Part shown: positions 30,907 to 40,880 of the stretch, one piece after another
How positions within the stretch are numbered: the first letter of the stretch is position 1
Layout of the letters: every line of letters starts with the position of its first letter
Source of the DNA: an uncultured Actinomycetota bacterium
GTDB taxonomy: Bacteria; Actinomycetota; Actinomycetes; Jiangellales; Jiangellaceae
Direction: 5' to 3'
NCBI GenBank assembly: GCA_963714455.1
Contig: CAVQON010000015.1
Coordinates: 340,694-404,693 of the forward strand
DNA length: 64,000 nucleotides
Position numbers and translations under genes: made by a program
The notes under the pieces: generated by a model
What the model was told of the DNA's origin: nothing
Databases searched by the model: none
Seen by the model: only the letters and a program-made list of their open reading frames with translations

Positions 30907-32193
30907 CTACAACGCCTCCACTCGCAGCACCGACACGACCGAGCGCACGACGGGCGCCTGTCGCAGGTCGGTGACCGTCTGGTCCAGAGCGCGCTTGGTC
31001 GCCGGGTGGGTGACGATCACCAGCTCGGCGTCGGCCGGTGGGCGGATCTCTTGGCGCACCGTCTCGATCGAGACCCCGTTGGCGGCGAAGACGCCGGCCA
31101 CCGCGGCCAGAACACCGGGACGGTCGTCGACGTCGACGACCAGGTGGAACCGGGTGACGGCCTCCCCTGCCGGGGCGACCACCACGTCGGCGTAGCTGCT
31201 CTCCCCCACCCCCAGGACGCCTTGCACGCGGTTGCGCGACGTGGTGACGACGTCGCCGAGGACGGCGCTCGCGGTCGGCAGCCCCCCGGCCCCCTGGCCG
31301 TAGAACATCAGCTGTCCGGCGGCGTCGGCCTCGACGACCACCGCGTTGAACGCCCCGTGCACGCTGCCCAGCGGGTGGCTGCGCGGAATGATCGTCGGGC
31401 CGACCCACACGCTGATGCGCGCGTCGTCGAGCCGGTCGGCGACGGCGAGCAGCTTGACCACGCCATCCATCGCCTGGGCGCTGCGGACGTCGGTGCCGGT
31501 CACGCCGCGGATGCCCTCGACCTCGACCTGGTCGGCGCTCACCCTTGTATGGAATGCCAGCGAGGCCAGGATGGCCGCCTTCGCCGCGGCGTCGTGGCCG
31601 TCCACGTCGGCCGTGGGGTCGGCCTCGGCGTAGCCGAGCCGCTGGGCGTCGGCGATCACGGAGTCGAGGTCGTCGCCCTCGGTGTCCATCCGGTCGAGCA
31701 CGTAGTTGGTGGTGCCGTTCACGATGCCCATCACCCGGTGCACGCGGTCGCCCACGAGCGACTCGCGCAGGGGCCGCAGCAGCGGGATGGCCCCGGCGAC
31801 GGCCGCCTCGAAGTACAGGTCGACACCGTGCTCGCGGGCCGCGTCGTGCAACGTCGCACCGTCGGCGGCCATCAGCGCCTTGTTCGCCGTGACGACGGAG
31901 GCGCCGTTGGCCATCGCCGCGAGCACCAGGGTGCGCGCCGGCTCGATGCCCCCGATCAGCTCGACGACGACGTCGACGTCCCCGGACTCCACGAGGGCGT
32001 GCGCGTCGGCGGTGAGAAGGTGCGCCGGCACACCAGGACGCGCTGCCGTGGCGTCGCGCACAGCGACGCCGACCAGCTCGAGCGGGCGTCCCACCCGAGC
32101 GGTGAGGTCGTCGCCGTGCTCGCTCAGCAGTCGCACGACCTGCGCACCGACGTTCCCGCAGCCCAGCAGGGCGATGCGAACAGGCTCAGCCAT
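30907..32193 (-). CDS. hom: homoserine dehydrogenase
   Basis: IALLGCGNVGAQVV NAD-binding fold and a C-terminal ACT-like domain. Its stop directly abuts the thrC start. Confidence 0.95.
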   Translation of the reverse strand: MAEPVRIALLGCGNVGAQVVRLLSEHGDDLTARVGRPLELVGVAVRDATAARPGVPAHLLTADAHALVESGDVDVVVELIGGIEPARTLVLAAMANGASVVTANKALMAADGATLHDAAREHGVDLYFEAAVAGAIPLLRPLRESLVGDRVHRVMGIVNGTTNYVLDRMDTEGDDLDSVIADAQRLGYAEADPTADVDGHDAAAKAAILASLAFHTRVSADQVEVEGIRGVTGTDVRSAQAMDGVVKLLAVADRLDDARISVWVGPTIIPRSHPLGSVHGAFNAVVVEADAAGQLMFYGQGAGGLPTASAVLGDVVTTSRNRVQGVLGVGESSYADVVVAPAGEAVTRFHLVVDVDDRPGVLAAVAGVFAANGVSIETVRQEIRPPADAELVIVTHPATKRALDQTVTDLRQAPVVRSVVSVLRVEAL

Positions 32194-32264
32194 GGGTGGT
32201 CGCGTTCCTCACGTTCTTCTCGGTTGCCGGCGCGGGCCAGTCTCCCATGCTGGTGGCCACCAGC

Positions 32265-33647
32265 TCAGCCGAGGTCGCACGCCAGCAGGTCGTCCATGCT
32301 CTCGCGGCGCACGATCACCCGAGAGCCCTCCTCGTCCACCACCACGACCGGCGGCCGTTCGACCATGTTGTAGTTGCTGGCCATCGAGCGGCAGTAGGCA
32401 CCCGTGGCCGCGACCGCAAGCAGGTCACCGGGGCGGATGTCGCTCGGCAGCCAGGCGTCGCGGACGACGACGTCGCCGGACTCGCAGTGCTTGCCGACCA
32501 CGCGGGTGAGCATCAACGGCTCGCTCGGTGCCCGGTTCGCCAGCGTCACGGTGTAGTCGGCGTCGTAGAGCGCGGTGCGGATGTTGTCGCTCATCCCCCC
32601 GTCGACGCTGACGTAGGTGCGGATGCCGTCCACGTTCTTCACCGTGCCTACCCGGTAGACGGTCATCATGGCCGGCCCGACGAGGGCGCGGCCCGGCTCG
32701 ACCGCCACCTGCGGCACCGCGAGCCCGGCACGCAGGCACTCCCGCGCCACGATGTCGAGCAGCCGAGTGGCGAGCTGGTCGAGCGGCTGCGGGTCGTCGG
32801 CGTCGACGTAGGCGATGCCCAGGCCGCCACCGAGGTCGAGCTCGGGCAGCTCGACGCCCAGCTCGTCGCGCACCTGCACGAGCAGCTCGACCATCCGGGC
32901 CGCAGCCACCTCGAACCCGGCCGTGTCGAAGATCTGCGACCCGATGTGCGAGTGCAGTCCGCGCAGCTGCAGCGACGACCGGTCCAGCGTGGCGCGCACG
33001 GCCGCCAGCGCGTCGCCGGCCGAGCGCGAGAAGCCGAACTTGACGTCCTCGTGGGCGGTGGCGATGAACTCGTGGGTGTGCGCCTCGACCCCGACCCGCA
33101 CCCGCAGCAGCACCGGCTGGACGCGTCCGTGTGCGGCTGCCACCGTGGCCAGCGCGTCGATCTCGTCGAAGGAGTCGACGACGACGAGCCCGACCTGGTT
33201 CTGCACGGCCATCTCGAGCTCGGCGAGGGACTTGTTGTTGCCGTGCAGCGCGATGTTCTCGACCGGGAAGCCCGCGTCCAGGGCTACCCGCAGCTCGCCC
33301 CCGCTGCAGACGTCGATGAACAGACCCTCCTCGTGCACCCACCGCGCCACCGCCCGGCTCAGGAAGGCCTTGGCCGCGTAGTAGACGACGCATCCGTCGA
33401 AGGCGGACCGAAAGGCGCGGGCACGGGCACGAAAGTCGGCCTCGTCCATGAAGAAGGCGGGAGTGCCGTGCTCGTCGGCCAGGTCGGTGAGCGGCCGGCC
33501 GTGCAGGCTCACCACCCCGGACGGCTCGCGCCTCGTCCCGAGCGGCCAGACGTGCGCGGCGAGCGCGGCGGGGTGGGCCGGGGGCAGCCCCGGGCCCTGC
33601 TCGGGCAGCAGGTCGGCGTGCAGAGGGCCGGCAGGATGAGCGCGCAC
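32265..33647 (-). CDS. lysA: diaminopimelate decarboxylase
   Basis: YYAAKAF (PLP Lys), GGGLGIAY, HCESGD motifs. Confidence 0.95.
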   Translation of the reverse strand: MRAHPAGPLHADLLPEQGPGLPPAHPAALAAHVWPLGTRREPSGVVSLHGRPLTDLADEHGTPAFFMDEADFRARARAFRSAFDGCVVYYAAKAFLSRAVARWVHEEGLFIDVCSGGELRVALDAGFPVENIALHGNNKSLAELEMAVQNQVGLVVVDSFDEIDALATVAAAHGRVQPVLLRVRVGVEAHTHEFIATAHEDVKFGFSRSAGDALAAVRATLDRSSLQLRGLHSHIGSQIFDTAGFEVAAARMVELLVQVRDELGVELPELDLGGGLGIAYVDADDPQPLDQLATRLLDIVARECLRAGLAVPQVAVEPGRALVGPAMMTVYRVGTVKNVDGIRTYVSVDGGMSDNIRTALYDADYTVTLANRAPSEPLMLTRVVGKHCESGDVVVRDAWLPSDIRPGDLLAVAATGAYCRSMASNYNMVERPPVVVVDEEGSRVIVRRESMDDLLACDLG

Positions 33648-33668
33648 GCGGGCAAAGCCTAGAGCGCC

Positions 33669-34940
33669 CTACTCCTGCGTGCTGCTCCGGCCACGGGAGG
33701 GCATCGGCTCGACCGACGGCTCGGTCTCGATCGGCCCGTGGGCTCGAGCGACCCACGCGCCGTAGGCATTCGACAGTGGGCCAGCGGTGACGCCATGCGC
33801 GACGACGCTGATCAGGACCGTGAGACTGATCACCCCGCCCACGTCCACCAGCAGGGAGTTGCCTCCGAGCTCCTCGACCGCGAGCAGGCCGAAGACGATG
33901 GTGGCGATCCCGCGCGGCCCGAACCAGCCCAGGAACAGCACGGTCGGCCAGCGGAACCCGGTGCCCAGCAGGCTGACCGCGACCGGAACCACACGCAGGA
34001 CGGTGAGCGCCGCCACGGCGAGCGCCAGCCACTGCCACTCGAACCCGTCCTCGAAGGTGAGGATGAGGAGTCCGCCGGCAAGAAACCACAGCACCGCCCC
34101 GAAGATGTCGGCCGCGATCTCGAGCGTCTCGGACACCTCCCTGTCTTCCTCGACGCAGTGGGAGAAGCGTCCGAACGCGAGACCGCCGACGAAGGCGGCG
34201 ATGAACGCGTTGGCTCCGGTCATCTCCGCGAGGCCGAAGGAGATCAACGGCAGGGTGAAGACCGCCAGCCCGCGGGCTCGCTCGCTGCTCCACCCAGAGT
34301 CGCGCGAGTGGTCCAGCAGGAAGGCACCGGTGAGCCCGATGACCGTGCCGATCGCCACGCCCACGGCCACCGGGACCGCAGCGATGCTCAGGATTCCGCC
34401 GCCGCCGTCGCTGCTGCCCACCAGGACGCTCAGTGACCCCAGGACGAGGGGGGTGGCGAGGCCGTCGTTCAGGCCGCTCTCGACGTTGAGCGCTCGCCGA
34501 ACCCTGACCGGCACCCTCGGGTTGAGAATCGTCGGAGCGCCCAGCCCGGCATCCGTCGGCGTGATCGAGGCCGCGATCAGGACGGCCCCGGCGACGCCGG
34601 CGACCGGGAGCAGCCACATGGTCGCGACAGCCGTCATCGCCAGCGCCAGCGGAAACCCGATCGCGAGCAGACGCACGGCGATCCAGGGGTCTCGGCGCAG
34701 GTCGGCCAGCCGGACTGTGCTCGCGTCGTGGAAGAGCACCATGACCAGAGTGATCTCGGCCAGAAAGCGGATCGTCCCGCCGGTGAGGTCCTCGCCGGCG
34801 ATGGCGACCAGCAGTGCTCCGGCACCGATGAACGCCATCGGTGCGGTGAGCCCCCACCGCTCGGCGCGCCGGCCGACCAGGGACCAACCCAGCAACAGCA
34901 GGGCTACAACCGCGAGGGTCAGGCCCTCCGAATCCTCCAC
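33669..34940 (-). CDS. cation:proton antiporter (Na+/H+ exchanger family)
   Basis: 423 aa with about 12 TM segments and a typical CPA1-like sequence. Inserted between argS and lysA relative to the mycobacterial gene order. Confidence 0.8.
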   Translation of the reverse strand: MEDSEGLTLAVVALLLLGWSLVGRRAERWGLTAPMAFIGAGALLVAIAGEDLTGGTIRFLAEITLVMVLFHDASTVRLADLRRDPWIAVRLLAIGFPLALAMTAVATMWLLPVAGVAGAVLIAASITPTDAGLGAPTILNPRVPVRVRRALNVESGLNDGLATPLVLGSLSVLVGSSDGGGGILSIAAVPVAVGVAIGTVIGLTGAFLLDHSRDSGWSSERARGLAVFTLPLISFGLAEMTGANAFIAAFVGGLAFGRFSHCVEEDREVSETLEIAADIFGAVLWFLAGGLLILTFEDGFEWQWLALAVAALTVLRVVPVAVSLLGTGFRWPTVLFLGWFGPRGIATIVFGLLAVEELGGNSLLVDVGGVISLTVLISVVAHGVTAGPLSNAYGAWVARAHGPIETEPSVEPMPSRGRSSTQE

Positions 34941-34972
34941 AGGCTGCCTCTTTCGACGGCTTGGCTACGGCG

Positions 34973-36661
34973 TCACATCCTGTCGGGTGCGTCAACCCCC
35001 AGCAGTGCCAGCCCGTTCGCGACGACCGTGCGGGTCGCCGTCACCAGCCACAGCCGAGCCCGGTGATGGTCGCTGACCTGCTCGTCGCCCTGCGGCAGCA
35101 CGCGGCACTCGTCGTAGAACTTGTGGAAGACCGCCGCCGTGTCCTCCAGGTACCGCGCCACGCGGTGCGGTTCGCGCAGCTCGGCGGCTGAGGCCACGAC
35201 GCGCGGGAACTCCCCCAGGGCACCCAGCAGCGCCGCCTCCCGCGGGTGGTCGAGCCGGGACGGGTCCAGCTCGCCACGCTCGACTCCCAGGTCGGCCGCG
35301 TTGCGCAGGATCGAGGAGAGCCGCGCGTGGGCGTACTGGACGTAGAACACCGGGTTGTCCGCGCTCGCCCGGGTGACGAGGTCGAGGTCGAGGGTCATCG
35401 GCGAGTCTGCCGGGTAGCGGCACAGCGAGTAGCGCACGGCGTCCACGCCGGCGATCTCGACGATGTCGTGCAGCGTGACGATGGTGCCGGCGCGCTTGGA
35501 CAGCCGCATCTCCTGCCCGCCGCGCATGATCGTGACCATCTGGCCGATGAGCACGTCGAGCGTCTCGTCGGGGTCGTCTCCGGCGCAGGAGGCGATTGCC
35601 CGAAGCCGCCCCACGTAGCCGTGGTGGTCGGCGCCGAGCAGGTAGAGGCAGACGTCGAAGCCCCGCTCGCGCTTGTCGATGTAGTACGCGGTGTCGGAGG
35701 CGAAGTAGGTGTACTCGCCGTCCTGCTTCACCAGCACCCGGTCCTTGTCGTCACCGAAGTCGCTCGTGCGCATGAACAGCGCCCCGTCGGCCTCGTACAG
35801 GTGCCCTGCCTTCGCGAGCACGTCGATGCCGTGCGCGACCTTGCCGGAGGAGTGCAGCTCACGCTCGGAGGTCCAGACGTCGAAGACCGTCCTGAAGTCG
35901 GCGAGCTGGCGCTGCTGCTCGGCCAGCTGCCGGCGGTAGCCCTCCTCACGGAAGGCCGCCACCTGCTGGTCGTCAGGCAGGTCGACGATGTCGGGGCGGT
36001 CGGTCACGATCTGTGCCGACAGGTCGTGCACGTACTGGCCGTGGTAGCCGTCAGGGGGCACGGGCTGGTCGTGCGCGACCGCCATGAGCGACTCGCCGAA
36101 CCGGTCGAGCTGGGCGCCGCGGTCGTTGACGTAGAACTCGCTGGTCACGTCTGCCCCGGCGGCGGTGAGCACACGCGCCAGCGCGTCGCCGAGTGCTGCC
36201 CAGCGGGTGTGGCCGAGGTGCAGCGGCCCGGTGGGGTTGGCCGAGATGAACTCGACGTCGACCCGGCGACCACCCAAGGCGTTGCTGCGTCCGTACGCCG
36301 CACCGGCCTCGACGATCGTGGCGGCCAGCGCCCCGGCGGCAGCGGCCTCCAGCGTCACGTTGACGAAGCCCGGGCCGGCCACCGAGGCGTCGGCCACACC
36401 CGCCTGCTCGCGCAGGCACTCGGCGAGGGCCGTGGCGAGGTCACGCGGCACGAGGCCGGCACGCTTGCCCGTCTGCATGGCGGCGTTGGTGGCGTAGTCG
36501 CCGTGCTCAGGGTTGCGGGGACGCTCGACGGTCACCGACGCTCCGACTGCCCCCAGGTCACCACCGAGCCGCTCGACGGACGACCGCAGGCAGGCGGTGA
36601 CAAGCAGGGCCAGGTCGTCGGGAGTCACCCGCACAGGGTAGGAGGTCTGCTGGCCGATCAA
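34973..36661 (-). CDS. argS: arginine--tRNA ligase (start uncertain: TTG 36661, or GTG 36634/36628)
   Basis: HIGH-type motif ANPTGPLHLGHTRWAALGD, KMSK-like EMRLSKRAG, and a C-terminal anticodon-binding domain. Confidence 0.95.
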   Translation of the reverse strand: MIGQQTSYPVRVTPDDLALLVTACLRSSVERLGGDLGAVGASVTVERPRNPEHGDYATNAAMQTGKRAGLVPRDLATALAECLREQAGVADASVAGPGFVNVTLEAAAAGALAATIVEAGAAYGRSNALGGRRVDVEFISANPTGPLHLGHTRWAALGDALARVLTAAGADVTSEFYVNDRGAQLDRFGESLMAVAHDQPVPPDGYHGQYVHDLSAQIVTDRPDIVDLPDDQQVAAFREEGYRRQLAEQQRQLADFRTVFDVWTSERELHSSGKVAHGIDVLAKAGHLYEADGALFMRTSDFGDDKDRVLVKQDGEYTYFASDTAYYIDKRERGFDVCLYLLGADHHGYVGRLRAIASCAGDDPDETLDVLIGQMVTIMRGGQEMRLSKRAGTIVTLHDIVEIAGVDAVRYSLCRYPADSPMTLDLDLVTRASADNPVFYVQYAHARLSSILRNAADLGVERGELDPSRLDHPREAALLGALGEFPRVVASAAELREPHRVARYLEDTAAVFHKFYDECRVLPQGDEQVSDHHRARLWLVTATRTVVANGLALLGVDAPDRM

Positions 36662-36672
36662 GGCCCTGCCGG

Positions 36673-36755
36673 TGATCCACGGAACCTGAACGGCACCTGG
36701 CGACGCTGCGACTCCGTCGAGACCGCCGAGTCCGACGGAGATGCTCCGTGGATCA
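36673..36755 (-). other. nested inverted repeats in the argS upstream region (putative structured leader)
   Basis: TGATCCACGGA (36673-36683) pairs with TCCGTGGATCA (36745-36755). Inside this, CTCCGTCG (36712-36719) pairs with CGACGGAG (36733-36740). Confidence 0.4.
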
Positions 36756-36802
36756 GCGAGTCGAACACAACCCGATCCGGGATCCTCCCCGGTCAGCGCT
36801 GA

Positions 36803-36808
36803 TAGTCT
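36803..36808 (+). promoter_or_regulatory. candidate -10 hexamer TAGTCT for the tRNA-Arg gene
   Basis: TANNNT hexamer 26 nt upstream of the mature tRNA 5' end, followed by a CCGGGG-CAT-CCCCGG hairpin at 36816-36830. Confidence 0.25.
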
Positions 36809-36833
36809 TCTCGTCCCGGGGCATCCCCGGCTG

Positions 36834-36908
36834 GCCCCCGTAGCTCAGGGGATAGAGCACCGCCCTCCGGAGGCGGGGGCGCAGGTTCGAATCCTGCCGG
36901 GGGCGCCA
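36834..36908 (+). tRNA. tRNA-Arg (anticodon CCG), CCA encoded
   Basis: Folded by hand. Acceptor GCCCCCG/CGGGGGC, D-arm GCTC/GAGC, anticodon stem CCGCC/GGCGG with loop CTCCGGA, T-arm GCAGG-TTCGAAT-CCTGC, discriminator G plus CCA. 75 nt. Confidence 0.92.
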
Positions 36909-36920
36909 GCCGGACCCGCC

Positions 36921-37724
36921 TCAGGCAGGCATCTCGATGACGTAGAAGCCGGCCCCGCCTGCGTTGTCGGCGAGCATGGCGAAACGTCCCATCTCGCCGA
37001 TGTCCATGGGCTCGACGACCACCGTCCCGCCGAGCTCACCCGCCTGGGCGACGGTGGCGTCGAGGTCGGCCACGGTGAAGTACACGCCCCACATCGACGG
37101 CACCGCGTCCGGGACGCCCGGCGGCATCGCCATCGCGCCGGCGACGGAGGTGTCGACACCTTCGGCCGCCTCGCCCTGGCCCGCAGCCTTGGCATCCAGG
37201 TGCCCGACGAGGTACGGCGACTCGTCGACGCTCGACTGCTCCCACCGCCAGCCGAACAGCTCTTCGTAGAACGGCAGGGCGGCCGCGATGTCGCGGCTCT
37301 GCAGCTCGCACCACGAGAACGTGCCGACGACGTTGAACACGTCGGCGCCCTGATGGTCCTGGGGCTGCCACAGCCCGATCACCGCCCCGGACGGGTCGCT
37401 CACGACGGCCATGCGACCTGAGGTCATGACGTCCATGGGCGGCACCAGCACCTGGCCACCGGCGTCCGGTGTGGCGGCCACGATCTCGTCCACGTCACCG
37501 ACCATCACGTAGACCGTCCAGGTCGGGGGGACGCCCGGCTGCATCTGCGGCCCGAGGCCGGCGACCAGCTGACCGTCGAGCCTCAGCATGGCGTAGCGCA
37601 TGTCGGGGGACGGTGAGGCGTCCACCACCTCCCAGCCGAAGAGTGCCGAGTAGAACGCGGCGGCCGCATCCATGTCGGCCGAGGCCAGGTCGATCCAGCC
37701 GGGGAACCCGTTGGCGTATCGCAT
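36921..37724 (-). CDS. VOC (glyoxalase/bleomycin-resistance) family protein, two tandem VOC modules
   Basis: 267 aa from ATG 37722-37724. Repeated FYxxLFGW...VMVxDVD / FTVADLD pattern. The upstream part of the track ORF is Arg/Gly-rich junk. Confidence 0.75.
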   Translation of the reverse strand: MRYANGFPGWIDLASADMDAAAAFYSALFGWEVVDASPSPDMRYAMLRLDGQLVAGLGPQMQPGVPPTWTVYVMVGDVDEIVAATPDAGGQVLVPPMDVMTSGRMAVVSDPSGAVIGLWQPQDHQGADVFNVVGTFSWCELQSRDIAAALPFYEELFGWRWEQSSVDESPYLVGHLDAKAAGQGEAAEGVDTSVAGAMAMPPGVPDAVPSMWGVYFTVADLDATVAQAGELGGTVVVEPMDIGEMGRFAMLADNAGGAGFYVIEMPA

Positions 37725-37922
37725 GGCCCGAACGTACGCCCGAAGCCGCGCCACGCCTACCCCTGCGCCCCGCGGTCCAGCCTCCGATGGCGGGCGGAGC
37801 CGAGCGCACCGATGATAGTTGTCGTGGCAATCAGTTCTGGGACCCTGATGAGGACCGGTACCCCCGTCGGTCCTGCGGCACCGGCCGTCGGTCCGCGACT
37901 TCTCGCTCCGGTCGCCTCGACC

Positions 37923-38819
37923 GTGCGGCGCATCCTCTCCGGAACCTCCGACGGGGCCAGCGCCACCAACAGGGCCATCGCCCGCCCGCCCGGCGCACCC
38001 GGCTGGTTCGGCCCGGACAGTGCCGCGTGGCAGGTGCACGGCTCGGTCTCGACGTTCCTCGGCGGCATCCGCGCCCTGTTGCTGCAGTCACTGCACCCGT
38101 TGGCCCTCGCCGGGGTCGACGGGCACTCCGACTACCGCGACGACCCCTTCGGACGGCTGCACCGCACCGGCGCCTTCATCGCGGCCACGACGTTCGGGCC
38201 GGTGGCGATGGCGGAGAAGACCGTGCGTGCCATCGGGCGCGTGCACGAGAAGGTCTCCGGCACCGCACCGGACGGGCGTGCCTACTCCGCGACCGACCCG
38301 GCGCTGCTGGCATGGGTGCACATCGCCCTCGTCGACTCCATGCTGGAGGCCTACGTGCGATTCGGCACGAACGGCCCGCTGGACGCCGACGCCTACGTCG
38401 CCGACATGGCGGTCGTCGGGTCCGCGATGGGCGTGGAGGACCCGCCGCGGTCCCAGGCCGAGCTCGACGCGGCCTTCGCGGCCGTCCTGCCCGACCTGAC
38501 CGGCAGCGCCCAGGTCGACGACGTGCGCCGGTTCGTGCTCGACCCGCCGCTGCCGGTGCCCGCACGACTGGGCTACGGGGTGCTCTCCCGCGCCGCCGAA
38601 GACTCCCTGCAGCCCTGGGCGCGCTCGATGCTGTCATCGCCGCGACGCAGCCGCCGCGTGCAGGCCGTCAACGCGCGCGCGGCGTCCGCCCTGCTCGCCA
38701 CGCTGCAGGTGGCGCTGGTGGAGTCACCCGCACGGGCTGCGGCGCGCGAGCGGCTCGGTATCCCGGCCGAGCACATGGACGCGCTCCTGCACGACCGGCA
38801 GGCGCAGTCGGGGCGGTAG
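37923..38819 (+). CDS. MpaB/DUF2236-family oxygenase-like protein (start uncertain; track start 37812)
   Basis: GWFGPDSAAWQVHGSVSTFLGGIRALLLQSLHPLALAGV matches the DUF2236 core. GC3 is low between 37812 and about 37920, so I favour GTG 37923. Confidence 0.65.
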   Translation: MRRILSGTSDGASATNRAIARPPGAPGWFGPDSAAWQVHGSVSTFLGGIRALLLQSLHPLALAGVDGHSDYRDDPFGRLHRTGAFIAATTFGPVAMAEKTVRAIGRVHEKVSGTAPDGRAYSATDPALLAWVHIALVDSMLEAYVRFGTNGPLDADAYVADMAVVGSAMGVEDPPRSQAELDAAFAAVLPDLTGSAQVDDVRRFVLDPPLPVPARLGYGVLSRAAEDSLQPWARSMLSSPRRSRRVQAVNARAASALLATLQVALVESPARAAARERLGIPAEHMDALLHDRQAQSGR

Positions 38820-38833
38820 CGCCGGCTCGACGT

Positions 38834-40117
<1,284 letters not shown>

Positions 40118-40215
40118 GGGTCCCCTTCCGGCCTTCGGTCTGGGTGAATCGAATCGCAGTCTGCCAACGACCGCTACGGCAGGGCAGGTTGACCCTGTCA
40201 CATCTCGCGGCTACG

Positions 40216-40842
40216 TCACGAGGTTCTTCTCGGTGCGACGCTGTCGCTCCATCCGCCCGACCGACACGCCGGTACGCAGCAGGAATCGCCGAGGAACACC
40301 AGGTTGAACAGCATCTGGGCGGTGGCCACCGCGCGGGCGGGCTGGCTGGTCGGGCTGATGTCGCCGAAGCCGACCGTCGACAGCATCGTCACCGTGAAGT
40401 ACAGGCCGTCCAGGTGCGTGCGCAGACCGGGCAGCGACTCCGGGTTGCGGGTCGCCATGCCGAGGTAGACGTAGGAGAAGACCACGATGAAGGCGCCGAG
40501 CACGACAGTGAGCATCGAGAACGACCGCAGCAACGGGTAGCGCGCGCGCGTGATGCTGCGCAGGCCCCACACGTAGCCACCTAGGACGATGCCGATCGCG
40601 AGCAGCACGAGCAGCGCGGCCGGCAGGACGTCACCCACCGTCACCACAGCAGGCGGCAGCGAGAAGTACGCCGCGAGGAGGACCCCGGTGTAGGTACTGA
40701 GGACGACCACCGCACCCAGCATCCGGGTCACTGTTCCCTTGTCGAGTCGCAGCAGCGGCGATCCACTCACCCGGCAACGGTACCGACGCGAAGCCGCGGC
40801 GAACCTGGCCGCGCCGGGTTTGGCGACGCCTGTCGCGGGCAC
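40216..40842 (-). CDS. potassium channel family protein (start uncertain; 3' end probably frame-shifted)
   Basis: Pore helix plus selectivity filter LYFTVTMLSTVGFGD. The last 23 codons use rare codons (AGA AGA, GTA, GGA), whereas the alternative frame ending at 40211 is codon-typical. Confidence 0.65.
   Translation of the reverse strand: MPATGVAKPGAARFAAASRRYRCRVSGSPLLRLDKGTVTRMLGAVVVLSTYTGVLLAAYFSLPPAVVTVGDVLPAALLVLLAIGIVLGGYVWGLRSITRARYPLLRSFSMLTVVLGAFIVVFSYVYLGMATRNPESLPGLRTHLDGLYFTVTMLSTVGFGDISPTSQPARAVATAQMLFNLVFLGDSCCVPACRSGGWSDSVAPRRTS
40817..40842 (+). promoter_or_regulatory. SigF-like promoter candidate GGTTT-N15-GGGCAC upstream of the FMO gene
   Basis: Resembles the mycobacterial SigF consensus (GGTTT ... 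GGGTA) with one -10 mismatch. It sits 39 nt before ATG 40881. Confidence 0.2.
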
Positions 40843-40880
40843 CCTGGTGTCAAGCCGCCGTCTCGTTGCTGAGGAGCCCC

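Noticed and set aside
32250-32263. 14-nt palindrome CTGGTGGCCACCAG right after the lysA stop as an attenuator between lysA and hom
   Set aside because: It would form only a 5-bp stem with a 4-nt loop and has no U-tract, so it is too weak to call.
32425-34995. 856-aa minus-strand ORF spanning lysA and the antiporter gene in another frame
   Set aside because: It is out of frame with two well-supported same-strand genes, has an Arg/Pro/Gly-rich composition, and contains no motifs.
36662-36833. T-box riboswitch upstream of argS
   Set aside because: I could not find the conserved T-box sequence (AGGGUGGNACCGCG-like) or a specifier-loop arrangement in the minus-strand leader. Only generic inverted repeats are present, and these are reported as a finding.
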